Below are positions 1 to 12,400 of a stretch of 64,000 nt of DNA, piece after piece. Made by a program: the position numbers and the translations under genes. The notes below the pieces were generated by a model. The model worked only from the letters and a program-made list of their open reading frames with translations, was not told the origin of the DNA and did no database searches. The DNA comes from Rhina ancylostomus. Taxonomy: Eukaryota. Where the stretch lies: the NCBI GenBank assembly GCA_030265395.1, contig JARFYF010000017.1:19340768-19404767 (forward strand), in the 5' to 3' direction. Positions within the stretch are counted from its first letter, which is position 1. Each line of letters begins with the position of its first letter.

Positions 1-1190
1 AACACACTACCCTTGTCAATACATTATGTTACTTCTTCAAAAAAATTCAATCAAATTGATCAGAAAGATTCGCCCCCTAAGAAAACCATGTTGATCATTA
101 ATCTCTGCCTTTCCAAGTGCTAGTTAATCCTGTCTCTCAGAATTTTTTCCAATAACTTCCCCACCCTGGATTCACAGCCCTGTAGTTACCTGACTTACTT
201 CTGCAGCCCTTCTTAATTAAAGGTATCATCCCAGTCATCTGGCCTCTCACCCCTGGCCAGTGAAGATTTAAAAATCTCTGTCAGGGACTCAGCATTCTCC
301 TCCCTTGCCTCCCATCGCATCCTGGGATACCACATCAGGCCCTGGGGATTTATTCACTTGAAAGTACTCTAAAACACATAATACCTCTTCCTTTTTAGTG
401 ATCACATGCTCCAGAATTTTACAGTCTCTTTCACTTAATTCTGCAGCTACAACATCCTTCCCCTTAGTAAATACAGGTGAGAGGCATTCATTTAAGACCT
501 CACCCATTTTCTCTGGTTGAATGCACGGATTGCCATTTTTGATCCCTAGTTTTCCCCACTCTTTTCCTAGTTACCTTCTTCACCTTGTTATACTTGTAAC
601 ATACTCAGGGATTTTCCTTAATCTTTCCACCAGTGATATTCCATGCCTCCTCTTTATACTCCTCATTTTGTGTGTAAGTACCCCAGTACACTTTCCATAC
701 TCCTGAGGGCCTCCTGTGTTTTCATTTTTCTTTCCATGCCATATCTTTCTCTTTTTTTCTTCACCCAGTCTTCGTCATCCCTCGACATACAGGCTTCCTT
801 AGATCTTCTCTCTTTACCTGTTACCCTTATGGACCAGGCTCTGAACTCTCAGAATTCCACTTGTCCATTATAGACATACTGTAAGTTGTGGCTCCCAATC
901 GACTTTTGACAGGTCCTGTCATATGATATTGAAATCGGCTTTCCCCCAGTTCAGGACATTAAATTCTGGACCATCCGTATCCCTTTGTAAAAATACCTTG
1001 GAACTTCCAGAGTTATGTTTATTACCTGCAAAATGCTCCTCCACTGATAGTGAAATCACTTGCCTGACTACATTCCTAAGATTAGGTCCAGTACTGCCCC
1101 TTCTCTGGTGGGACCGTCCACATACTGGCTCAAAAAGCTCTCTTGGATGTACTTTAAAAGTTCCACATCCTCGACACCTTTCACACTATT
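1..1190 (-). mobile_element. CR1 LINE ORF2 fragment (decayed)
   Basis: Minus-strand peptides GEVLNECLSPVFTK, KSPGPD and NLIEFFEEVT are typical of the CR1 endonuclease-RT linker and RT start; stops and frameshifts present. Confidence 0.85.
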
Positions 1191-1199
1191 GTGATCTCA

Positions 1200-1345
1200 C
1201 CCTCACATCCTTATTGTGTGGGAGGGAAGTGGAACACCCAGGGATAACCCACGTGGTTACAGAAAGAGCAGGCAAACTCCACGCAGAAGGCACCCACTGT
1301 AGGATTGAACCCAGGTCACCAGCTGCACCACTATGTCACCCCATT
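1200..1345 (-). mobile_element. Old V-SINE (HE1-like) fragment
   Basis: Reverse complement of a degenerate V-domain (ggaacacccagggataacccacgtgg...gcaaactccacgcaga) and of a B-box (gattgaacccagg). Confidence 0.7.
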
Positions 1346-2019
1346 TTAAGATCTCCCCTGTTCCACCTTCTTTCCACTGGCAACCTCTTAGTTTACTTTT
1401 CCAGTTTAAGTCAACTAGACAGCACAAGCTGCATTGAATCTTCCTACCTCTATGTAATTTTATCCATTTTGAATTAATGTGGTCATACTGAAACTATACT
1501 TAACCTTTGAAAATTCTGCAAATATGTGAAAAGCTAATTTCTTATTAGCTACTAGATGGATTTTGTTCAAAAACAATTTTTGTTCAAAAACAATAAAGTC
1601 CTTCACTGTCAAAAGATATGTTCAGCATACAGGAAATATATAAATATGCCTACTATTAAAATTCATCATTCCAAAGGCTTTAATTTTGGCTGAGCACTAA
1701 CAGCTCTTTGAAGTTATTATTCTTTCTTCTTCCTATCTGGCAGAAAAAGTTGTTTTCTAAGCTAGTGTGAACTCATATTGGCTTCTTCAGATGGTTGAGT
1801 AATTGTGTGCTGCAGGACTTCCCAGCATGCAGTAGCTTCCGGTTGCAAAGAAAAATCAGTTTGACCTTATCCAACGTAGAGAATGCTTCAAATAAGCATA
1901 AACATGTTTACCAAAGATACACAGAATGATTAACTGGACTCCGTGAACCTGGAACATCCCTGGTTCAATCTCCAGTGTGTGCTAAGTTTGGTGATCTTTG
2001 TCAGATGTTTGCTATTTTC

Positions 2020-2700
2020 TTCTAACTACTTCTTCTTCGGCAGTTTCTTGGAATCGAGAATTACGAGCTCCCATGTCCTGGTGTGGCTGATGAGGCCAAA
2101 GTGGGAACCAGAGACACTTCCACAGATGGGGAAGGAGGTGCCTGATGGCACAGGTAGTTTTTAAGGTGGTCCACTCCTTCTGCTACTTATGCAGTGCTTC
2201 TATGTGCTCCAAAGTCAAAGCCATGAGGTCCTCTGTACCACCTCAAATATGTCTTCTTCTCTTTGACCAGTCATAACCCAAAGACTCCCAGGAGTCAATG
2301 TTGCATGTCCTCAAGGAGGCTTTGACCATATCCTCTGTCTGCCTGGTAATCCCTTCCCATGACAGAGCTCAGGATAGAATATCTGTTTTAGGAGACAGTT
2401 GTCCAGCGTATGAATTACATGGCCTGCCCAGTGTAATTAGGTTCTTAATACTGGGGATGTTGCCTAGGAGATGATATTGACATTGGTTTACTTATCCTTC
2501 CAGTTAACTTGCAGAATTTTGAAAGACAGTGTTGATGGCATGTTCGCAATACTTTGAGGTGCCTGTTCTAGGTAGTCTAAATCTCAGAAACATATCAGAA
2601 GTCAGGAATCACTGCCATTCAGTCGACCATGAGTCTTGTGTCAGATGTGAAGTCTTGATTTTAAAAATGCTCTTTTCCTCATTGGATAAAGGTGCATTGG
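2020..2700 (-). mobile_element. RTE-clade LINE 3' fragment
   Basis: (ttc)n tail followed by ggcagtttcttggaatcgag. Minus translation resembles the RTE C-terminus (TRLMV..AVIP..Y.SE..TT..RHLK...HQHCL). Confidence 0.75.
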
Positions 2701-3214
2701 AAGCTGTGGTGAATTCCATCATTGTGTTAGCTGAGGCATTTGTAGTATTGGCTGGGTGTGTGCTCCTGCTCATTATCCATTGACCTCCTTTGAATAAGGA
2801 CCCAATAGCTGTGACCGTTGGCGCCTGACATGCATTATCATGTCTCAAGTGGCTAACACCTATTTGGACAATGTAAAAGACTGATCCAGAAACCAGAAGG
2901 TCAATGGTGCCAGATCTGAGAGACTTGGGGAAATTGATGAGGCAACTAAAATATTCAGTGCGGAAACTTTGTTCGAAACCATCTTCACACATTGATGACT
3001 GATTATCTCAAAGAAGCTTTGGGTGTATAAGAGGAACTCACATCATCTGTTAAAGGAGGAATTTTTTTAAATGACAATTTGTTGCAGTACTATTACGATA
3101 TTGTTTTACTTCTGTGTCAGAAGATTGTAGACTCAAAGCGCAAATATATATTTCAGTTTGGCCCTTGAGTTTGATAGAATGTTACCTTGTCAAAATGCTA
3201 CCCTTCTAAGCAAT

Positions 3215-3415
3215 CATTAAATCTTCTGTTCTGCCAGTTCAACAGGAAGAGAAAATTCACCAGATGACCAAAGCCACCAACAAGATATCAGCAGGATTTT
3301 ATGTGCAAAACCTTTGCCAATATAGTTACTGCAGTTCAAACTGATTTATTGTACGTGAGGCAATTTGGAACATTCCTGAGGCATGACATGAGATACAATA
3401 CAATAAATACACTTT
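3215..3415 (+). mobile_element. SacSINE1/Deu-SINE-like 3' fragment
   Basis: Degenerate similarity to the copy at 19880-20285 (tttggaacattcctgagg...tacaa...aaat tail). Confidence 0.4.
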
Positions 3416-4769
3416 TAATTGTGCCAAAGACTCCACCCTTTAATAATTAAATGAAGGAAACAAGCTTAAAAGCTGTGTTTCATATTGGAGTATAAAATAA
3501 TCAAGAAACTAGATCAGCCGAATCTGTGCAGCTGATACTGCAAGAAATGTGCTGCCAAGGAAGAAGCAGCATTTAGATAATCAACTCCAAACAACTCAAC
3601 CAATTAAAAAGTTAATCCCCAGGAGATGTGACCATTAAATTGTTGCAAATTAGCTGGCTTTTGGATGAAATCATGGAATCATTAAGTTAATATTCTACCA
3701 TTTGTTACTTTCTGTTGGACTGGTGTTTTGAATCCTGCTCAAAACAAATTTATGTTAACACTGTTACCAGAAAGGGACCCACATGATCTTATTTCTATGT
3801 TTTAACTGCCCCAATATCTCAGCAGCTTGCACCTTTTATTGTGAATTTGTCTTTAAAATTTTTTTTAATTATTTCACAGCATATTCTTTGAAGGAAAATG
3901 TGATGGCCATCATAATATTTATAATATTTTCAGGTCAGGTGCTCCTGCAGCAACATAATGACTTTCTGATGATCAAGTGTTTTATGTTTCAGTTTGGGAG
4001 TTGTTCAGTAGTGTGTGGGCTGATGCATGGTATCAACTCATGTTACTGGTGGTTTGGTTAGAATTCTGCAGTGTTTGACCACAGTGCACTGTCAGGTGTA
4101 ACTCAGGATATCCAAAGTAAATACAATTGTCACAGTTTATGTAATCTGATTTAACAGAAACGAACCACACTCAATAAGGCAAATGGATTATTATTTAAAA
4201 AGAGATATGAAGAGACACAACATAGAAGTATACCAAAATCTAAATAATACCAGAAATGTATAAATAACTGTCGTGGCTAAATTTTATTGATTTGAAATCT
4301 AAACACGGGCTTGGTTGGAGCACTTTAGTTAGAATGCAGCATTACATCTGACATGTTCACAAAGTTTATTCCTTATTTTAGGCTAGTGTTGCCCACTGGA
4401 TATAATTGGCTAAGCACTGTTGTGGCTACAGCAATACTCCCTTAGCCATGTGGACTAGTTTTAATAGAAAGAACTCTTATCTTCAATTGTACAAAAGTGG
4501 TCCAGGTATTTGCTTACAACTACCATAATTCGGTAGGCAAAGAAGGAAATTATACAACATTCAAAATCACAAACAGATTTTCATCTTACTATTTTACTAA
4601 AATGTTTAAGGACACATATATATTCTGTTTCCATTTGAGTTTTGGGATTACATATGCAAAAACATTCATCATCAATTTTCCATTTCCTAAGCAGAAAAAC
4701 AATTAACCATATTTGGATTCCTAATTAGTCACATGTCGCTTGTGATAAATGCATTGAACAAAATTGCTT

Positions 4770-5340
4770 TACGAAGGACATAGAGAGTATTGGGAGGATG
4801 CAGAAGAGATTCACTGAGGTGTTACCTGGTGAACCCATTTTGCTTCCAAGCTTTTTTAAGGTTGAAACAATGCTGAAGTTTAAGTGCATGCGCCCAGACT
4901 TTAAATGATAGTGTGTAGGCGGGCAGCAGAAGAATCAGGTACTGTTGATGTGCATGTGAAAGAGAATAGGTTTCAGGGAATGGGATTGATGGGAATAGTA
5001 TGAGAGCTGGCATGGACTTGATGGGCTGAATGGTCATATGAAATTATAACAATATGAAAAATATATGCGCTAATTTTTGAACGAGGCAAGACATCAAGTA
5101 CAAAAGCAAAGAGATTGTTATGTTGAACTTGTTAGTCCACACCTTAGGAAAGATCACTCCCTCTACAGAAAATGAAATCAATGTTTCCAAAAGGGAATTG
5201 GACTTGAGGGAAAATAATTTGCAGGGCTTGAGGGAGAGTGGGATTGACTGGATTGCTCTACAAAGAGCCAGCATAGACTCAGTATGCCAGATGGCCACCT
5301 TCTGTACCACAGCAATTCTCTGATTCTATTCTATGATTCA
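4770..5340 (+). mobile_element. CR1 3'-end fragments
   Basis: gcagaagagattcac, ggcatggacttgatgggctgaatgg and a (attct)n tail are typical CR1 3' UTR motifs. Confidence 0.7.
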
Positions 5341-7734
5341 TTATTGCTGCAGTAGAATTTATCAGATGAAAGAAGGCACAGTTTGTCTGATAGTGAAGTC
5401 AATGGAAATAAAAATCAAGAGGTGCATAAAAAGAGGCAAATCACTACCATCTGGTTTATACTGTCATGCAAAGTCAAAATTGCCCCAAAGTCTTTTATAT
5501 TCATCTGATTTTAATGAACATTTGGATTTTTTTGTTCAGAAACTCCTTAGCAGATTTAAATTTAGACTGATATTTAAATACAGGGGTAGTAATCAATTAA
5601 AGATCTGTGGACTATAACTGGATGCATTAGCACCTATTTTTAATGTGCAGATCATGAATCAAAACTATTTTACCCAGAGGAGATTGTGCTAGTGATCATT
5701 TCTGGATGAAATCATGCCCACTGGGAAAATGGTCCTGGCAGTTCTGAATACAATTCACCTTAATGCATCTGACATCAGTCAAACACCTATTAATGCCATA
5801 GGTCTGCACAATTCCTGCCTTGCCAACAGATATTGAAGCTTTTGGAGGCAACTTGCAACCTTTGTTGGACATTTACAATACAGCCAGGATGCGACAGTGC
5901 GACTAATGAGACAGTCACGTTACCTTGGTGACGTGTCACATTCAGTGCACTTGATTTGACCAACAGGAAGTGCTTCTTTTAGCATTTAGCTGCTGCTGAT
6001 CCACATCTCTGTGGTGACATTGCTGCCAATTGGGAATCTCTCCAGTTGAGACATGGAAGTACCTGCAGCAATGCAAGCACCTGCCACATCAAAGTTACTT
6101 ATCTCTGCACATTGAAAGATTTGATTTCTCCTAAATGAGATCTCATTTCAACTGTGCAAATAACTTTTGTTAGTAACTTTACATAACCAAGCACATTTCC
6201 CATCTCAGTACCTCATGTGTTGATATCGGCATCTCGGCGATACATCATAATGTTCCCAATACGTCTGCAATCAAGCTGCTGGAAGGCTGCTCTCTTTCAC
6301 TTTGAGTCTATAGGGATGTCCTGGATGTCTGGGCTTCGGACTGCTACCCAGGGTCAACTGAAAGAGCAGGGTGGTATGGCTTGCTGTGGGTGGGCACAGG
6401 TGAGTTCTCTACCTGGGAAGCTGTTGAGGGGAAGAATCAACGTCCTGAACTTGCACACCAGATGACCTCTCAGGGGATTGGGCAGACGATGAATGGTGCA
6501 ACAATCTGATACTCTGAATGCTCCAGCGTACCTTCAACCTCCAGACCTGGAGTTGACTCAGCTGACACACCCCAAATCACAGGTATCTGCTGCTGCTACC
6601 TTCATCCTTCTCTTTAGAGACAGTATATTCTGAGCAGGACACTGCTCATGAAGAAGAATTGTGTGAATGGGGTTGTGGCTGGGTGAATGGTAGTAGCATG
6701 AGTGCCAGGATCTTGCAGAAGAGAACAGGTCCCTGCATTCCATATCCCTGTTGATAAGGAGAGTGATCTGATCACATGGGGCAGCTCCCAGTGCCTGCAG
6801 GAGAGAGACCAGTCCCACATGCTTCTCCCTGCTCATGTAGGGGAGCCTTCTACTGATGTGGAGCATCTTCCTGTCCATGGAGGACAGCGGGTAGCTCACA
6901 CACTGCATCTCATTGCTCTGGGACAATGCTGAACTGCTCATGAGTAGCATTTCTGTGTCCATGGAGAGCAACAACCTGCTCACCAGTGGTATCCCAATTC
7001 ACTGAGGATATCAAGCTCCCCACACCCCATTGACGACATTAGTGCTCCTGTAGAACCTGAGGCTGCTTCCTCATGGCAGAGACCAGAGCTCTAAATGCAT
7101 AGTCGTAACCAAGCTTTGTGTAGCCTTCATCTACATCTGCACAGCAGCTATCACCTGAACCCCAATAAGCTTTGTGTGAGGGGATTGTTGCCAATCACCA
7201 GCAGAGAAGTGCACGTTGCCTACAGAGAGGTCATGGGCTCCTGGCTCTGCAAATTCTCCTGTGAGAGCTTGCTCCTTGTCATCACCTGCAGTCAGGCCCG
7301 GCAGCTTGCTAACCATCTTGCTATGTGTCTACCATAGCCTTGTCATGAAAGCATCCTTGTCATGGTCCCCATCTGAATCCAGTAGGGCAGTATAAATGTG
7401 TGGACCTTCCCTCCAACAACCCCCTGCACCAGACTCCTTAAACTTTGTGCCAGTCTTCAGCCTACTAGTGCCTGATACACCTGCGACACATGCCCCTAAA
7501 CCTATGTGTCCATACCTCATGGTGCCAGTCTCTGAGGTGCTGCAGTGCAATATCAGCTGCAATGATACACACTGGTCTCCAACATCATCATCGTCATCAC
7601 CCTCTCCTCCCAGCATTCCCTACTGCAGCCACTGCTCCTCTTCCACTATGGCCTTTCCCAAGATCCTGCAGAAAATTGTTGCATTTCAAAGCACAGGCAA
7701 AAAAATTTCCACGTTGAAAATCAGAAAAAAAATT

Positions 7735-7850
7735 GGAGATGTGGAAATCTGAAATAAAAACAGAAGTGCTGGAGATTCTCAGCACCTGCAGAAAGAAAAA
7801 CAGATTCAATGCTTCAGGTCAAAGACCCCTTGCGACAATGCAACAGCAGA
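7735..7850 (-). mobile_element. Penelope-type pseudo-LTR fragment
   Basis: gatgtggaaatctgaaataaaaacagaagtgctggagattctcagca, shared with copies at 26893, 28150, 37292 and 49785. Confidence 0.6.
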
Positions 7851-8168
7851 GTTAGAAATAAGGTACCTACTTGTGACTGAATCAAAGGGGACGTAGGGAG
7901 TATATGTGGCAGGTTGGGCATTTGGCATTTCTGTCCGTGAGGCACATGATGGGCTCCTCCATATAGGTGAGATACCAAGCCCACTAGAGCCCATCTCTCA
8001 TATCTGGGGCCTCCCTCTTATATGGAGAAAACAAAGAACATTGAGTGATCTTTTTATTATTCTATGCTGGGAGGTTCAACGTTTGTGTGGGCAGTGCAGA
8101 GGATATATCGTCAGGGTTGGGGAGGATGTAGAAGAGGGTTTGGTATTCGGAGTTAGTATGACTAACAT

Positions 8169-8331
8169 GTGTGTTTGTGTGTGCGTGTGTTATGTGTATA
8201 NNNNNNNNNNNNNNNNNNNNNNNNNNNNNNNNNNNNNNNNNNNNNNNNNNNNNNNNNNNNNNNNNNNNNNNNNNNNNNNNNNNNNNNNNNNNNNNNNNNN
8301 GTGTGTTTGTGTGTGCGTGTGTTATGTGTAT
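8169..8331. other. 100-N scaffold gap with duplicated (TG)-rich flanks
   Basis: gtgtgtttgtgtgtgcgtgtgttatgtgtata occurs on both sides of exactly 100 N; either a collapsed tandem repeat or a contig overlap. Confidence 0.85.
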
Positions 8332-10999
8332 AATGGTCACAATGAAAGAACGGTACTTCTGTTGATCAAGAGCTCAGCAACATATCTTGTAATGAACTTT
8401 CTTCTGGACTTTTTCCATCTTGCAGGGATTCTCATTCATGGACTATGGCCATTTCCTACCTGGCCTTGATGGGTCTCTTGGCCATTCTGGTGTACAGGAT
8501 CTCCCTCCTATCCTTCTTTGCCACCAGGATTTCTATGAAAACTGAGGGGCTCCCTCCACCTCTCCCTCCTCCACAGCAGCTATTATATGTGTAGCTGATG
8601 TCTGGCTGACATAGGAGGTGTGCTTTTAAGTGCTATTTCAGTGCATAGAGCAAGGTATGTTAAACAGTGTGAGGTCCCTGTTCTCAGTAATATAAGTCCT
8701 GTCTTATCACATGATTCTGTGTGGAAAAGTAATGGTTCTCTTTCTAATGTATTTATTGCCAATTTCACAAATATGATTGGATGCTAGCACTAATACACAG
8801 CATATATTTAGTGCATCAAGAGTTAAATCCAACTTCTAAGTCTGTAGGTCACCCGCAGATTTTGATGCAATTTGTACTTACGTGTACATTATACAATGCA
8901 TTAACCCAAATGATGTTAATCGTTTTTGTTTTCTCCTCAAATATGTAAAAACAAATGCACATCCTCAGCTTCATTCTAAGGTTGTCCAATAACCTCTGTG
9001 TGTACCTTTAGTGATGTTAAATAGAATTGTGCAGATAGCAAGTTGCAATCATCCTACCAGTAACAATAAATGACAATAAAAGAAGCCAGTGAGAGGTCAT
9101 GCCAGAGTGCAAGAATTCCACATAAATTCTCACAGCAATTTTTTTTTACTGGTTGACAATAGATTCGGATTTGGGTTTTGGTGATTACCTTCTTGGTGCT
9201 AAAAGGAAGCAAACTAATTTGTTTTTAGTTTGAAGTCTCACATTTTGGGACAAATTCTGCTTCAAGGTCAAAGTCTGATACATTTCACTGGAGGTGCAAA
9301 AAAACATAAGGAACATTCCAAGGATAAAAGAACTATAAATATGTCAATTTGCTGATGATTAAAATAGTGACAATTTATTTTCTGTTGAGTCCTTCCCCAA
9401 GTATGTTGATATCCTTCACTGCTTTCACCTCTTCCTCACAACCACAATATATAACAATCCAGTGACAGGTTCTGAAGGTCCACCCAATATTGATACAAGC
9501 CTAGTAGGATTTTTGCAAATTACATTATTAATATAAACTAAAGCTGAGGCATTAGTTTGAGGTCCAGATTTTGTGGTTACAATAGTACAGTCGCCAGTGT
9601 TTGAATGAGTAAATTAGATAGCATACATGAGCAGTTAAGTGAAAAGGTGCAATCTGAAGTACCAGGTCTATCCACAAGGTACACATCTGGTATGTCACCA
9701 AAATGCATGATGAGTGTGTAGTTGTGGTACTTACCTACTAGAGAGCTATTATCCACATGAAAAAAAGCAAGGATTTGTGTGTTCAATTGTTAGAGAACAT
9801 TTAACAGTGTGTTAGGTCTTCACCACTGCCAAACCACACTAGCGGTGCTAGAAATTAACCTTTAAGTTTGTACATGTGCTTTCTTTCAGAGTTAGGGAAT
9901 GATACAATTGCTTTCCATTTTCTGATAGGTTCATAATCCACTGCCGAGAATACCAGTCCTCTTTTGTCACTCTCTGACTAACTCATCCAGAACTCTCATG
10001 TTGAAGAGAAAATTCAGGCCATGACATTTTGTGTTCAATACAAAAATGTTAATTTTTTAAATTGAGAAGTTTCTTTTAAATCAGGATTTTCATCAGATAA
10101 TATAGAAGATAACACAAAATAAAAGGGCAGTATTATCCCTCCCCAGCGGTTAGGTGCGAGATTGAACACAGCCTAAGTCACTTCTGAGCATAGATTTTAA
10201 AATTAGAGTCCAGAAATTCTTTGGGAATTGTGGCTTCATTAACTTAATGTCCATTTGGAAAGATGGATCATGTAATGCAAGCACATTGCCACAAAAATTC
10301 TGTATGTTGCAACTTCTTTTGTAATTGCTGATTTACCCACACAACATTGTGGTTACAGTCTATTCATGAAAACACATTTTCCCCAACTTCATTCACAGAC
10401 AGGGTCCTTCAGAAGGTATAACATTTATGTCAATATTTTTAAGGAATCCACGCACAGATAGTATTGAATTGAATTTTTCTTTTNNNNNNNNNNNNGAATG
10501 CAAGCCTTGGCTTTGTGCAATATTGTGAAATCCTCATGAAGGATAGTGTGTCCACTTATATCTCTGTTGCTTTTCATTTCTGTTGATTTCAATGAGATGG
10601 GATATAAAATGGGCAACTATTCAGTATCACTGTTGGGATCTATCCCAAGGATACTGACATCACTGTAGAGTGTTCCATTTCATTTGCTTCAAACCATCAC
10701 AGCAGACAGAAAAGCTTTGACTCTTAACAATTAATACATGACTTCCACATGTGCTGGAGAGGATAAAATCCAAGGTGCTGCACTCTTGGCGAGGAGCACT
10801 CATGTAAAGAGCATGACTGGGAGTGGGATGGGAAGCAGAGCCACAAAATGCAGGATTGATTCTCCAGGCTGTGCCCACTTCAAGCAAAGATATCCAAGGA
10901 AGCACTGATTATCCCTTGCATGTACACTCCTGGCAATGGAACATACATTTGGCATAGTCTATTGGCTCACAGCAAAGACTGGTCAGCTGTAGTAAATAA

Positions 11000-12240
11000 A
11001 TACATTTGCACTATTTAAGAAAGGAGGGAGAAGGATAACAGGGAATTACCAATCTGTTAGCCTACAACATCAGTAGTATGGAAAATGCTGAAATCTGTAA
11101 TGAAATATGTAGTTTCAGAATACTTTGATAAGAATAATAGAATTAATCAGAGTCAGGATGGATTAATGAAAGGGAAATTACATTTGACTAATCCAGTGGA
11201 GGTTTTGAAGATATGACAAGTAGAATAGCTAAGGGGGCCCAGTAATGTGAATTTTCTGAAATCGTTCAATGAAGTCTTGCACAGGAAGTTGGTCAACGAA
11301 GGAAAGAATGGGGAATTGGGAGTAATGTAATGACATGGATTGTGAATTGGTTATCAGACAGAAAGCAAAAAGTCACAAGCTGTGAGTTGTGGGATACAAC
11401 TGTGTTTGGTGATTGGGCCCCAGCTACTTTCAACCTATATCAAAACTAGGTGGGATTGTGATGGCGAGGATGTAAAAAGACTTCAAGAGGATATAGACAA
11501 GTGAGTAGTGGGCAAGAATAACACAGATAAATGTATTGTGGTAAAAATATCAAATTATTCAATTTAAATGGAAAAGAATAATTTTAAATGGTAGGAGATT
11601 GAATAATACCGATATTCTAAGAGACCTAGACACCCTTGTACACAGATTACTGAAAGCCAATATGCAGGTATGGCAAGTAATTGAGAAGGCTAATGGTGCA
11701 TTGACATTCATTACAAGGGGATTTGAGTAACTATGTTTCACTGCAATTGTAAATGATCTTGGTGAGATTGCATGTGTTGTATGCACGTTTAGTCCCCTGG
11801 TGTACAAAAAATGTTCTTTCCATAGTGGGAGTGCAGGAAAGCCTCACTAAACTGATTCCAAGCTTGGCAGAATTGCTGTCTGGGGAGAGGCTGAGTGGAC
11901 AGGGACAGTATTCTCTCGACTTTGGAAGAATGAGAGAATGTCTTATTGAAGCTTAAAATTCTCACAGGGCTTGCAAGGCGACTGCAAGTGAGGGTGTTTC
12001 CATGATGGAGGATTCCAAAAGCAGGGGTCACAGTCCCAAAAAGGGGGCAATTTCTTTATGGAGAGGGTGGTGAATCTTCAGAATCCTGTATTCCCGGGGC
12101 CATGAAGGTTCTGTCATTGAGTTAATTCAAAAGATTTAGTTTTTGGGATATTAAGGGAATTATTGGATCTGGGGATAGTGCAGGAAAATAGGGCTGAGGT
12201 TATGGGATCATCCACGACCTTGGTAAATGGTGAAGCTGGC
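11000..12240 (+). mobile_element. CR1 LINE RT-to-3' end fragment
   Basis: GNYQSVSL, SQDGLMKG..LTN, WIVNWLSDRKQK and RLQEDID motifs, followed by CR1 3' UTR features. Confidence 0.85.
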
Positions 12241-12269
12241 CCTTTCAAATCTTTCCCTTCTCACAATAA

Positions 12270-12400
12270 ACCAATGGTCTCTAGTTTTAGACTCCCCTAC
12301 CCTGAGAAAATAACTGTGACCATTCACCTTATCTATGCCCTCGAGATCTTTTAAACCTCTATAAGGCCACCCCTCAGCCTCCTGCACTCCAGCAGAAAAG
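12270..12400 (-). mobile_element. CR1 3' fragment, inverted relative to its neighbour
   Basis: ttttagactcccctaccctg...taaacctctataaggccacccctcagcctcctgcactccag is the reverse of the CR1 motif RRLRGDLIEV. Confidence 0.75.

Larger units (their letters stand above)
6480..8600 (-). mobile_element. PIF/Harbinger-type Myb/SANT ORF relic
   Basis: Minus strand near 8560-8380 reads APQFS..EILVAKKDRREILYTRMAKRP...WKKSRRKF (Myb/SANT-like), followed by an acidic stretch GEGDDDDD..SLQLILHCSTSETGT after a tttctgcag acceptor near 7665. Heavily decayed. Confidence 0.55.
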
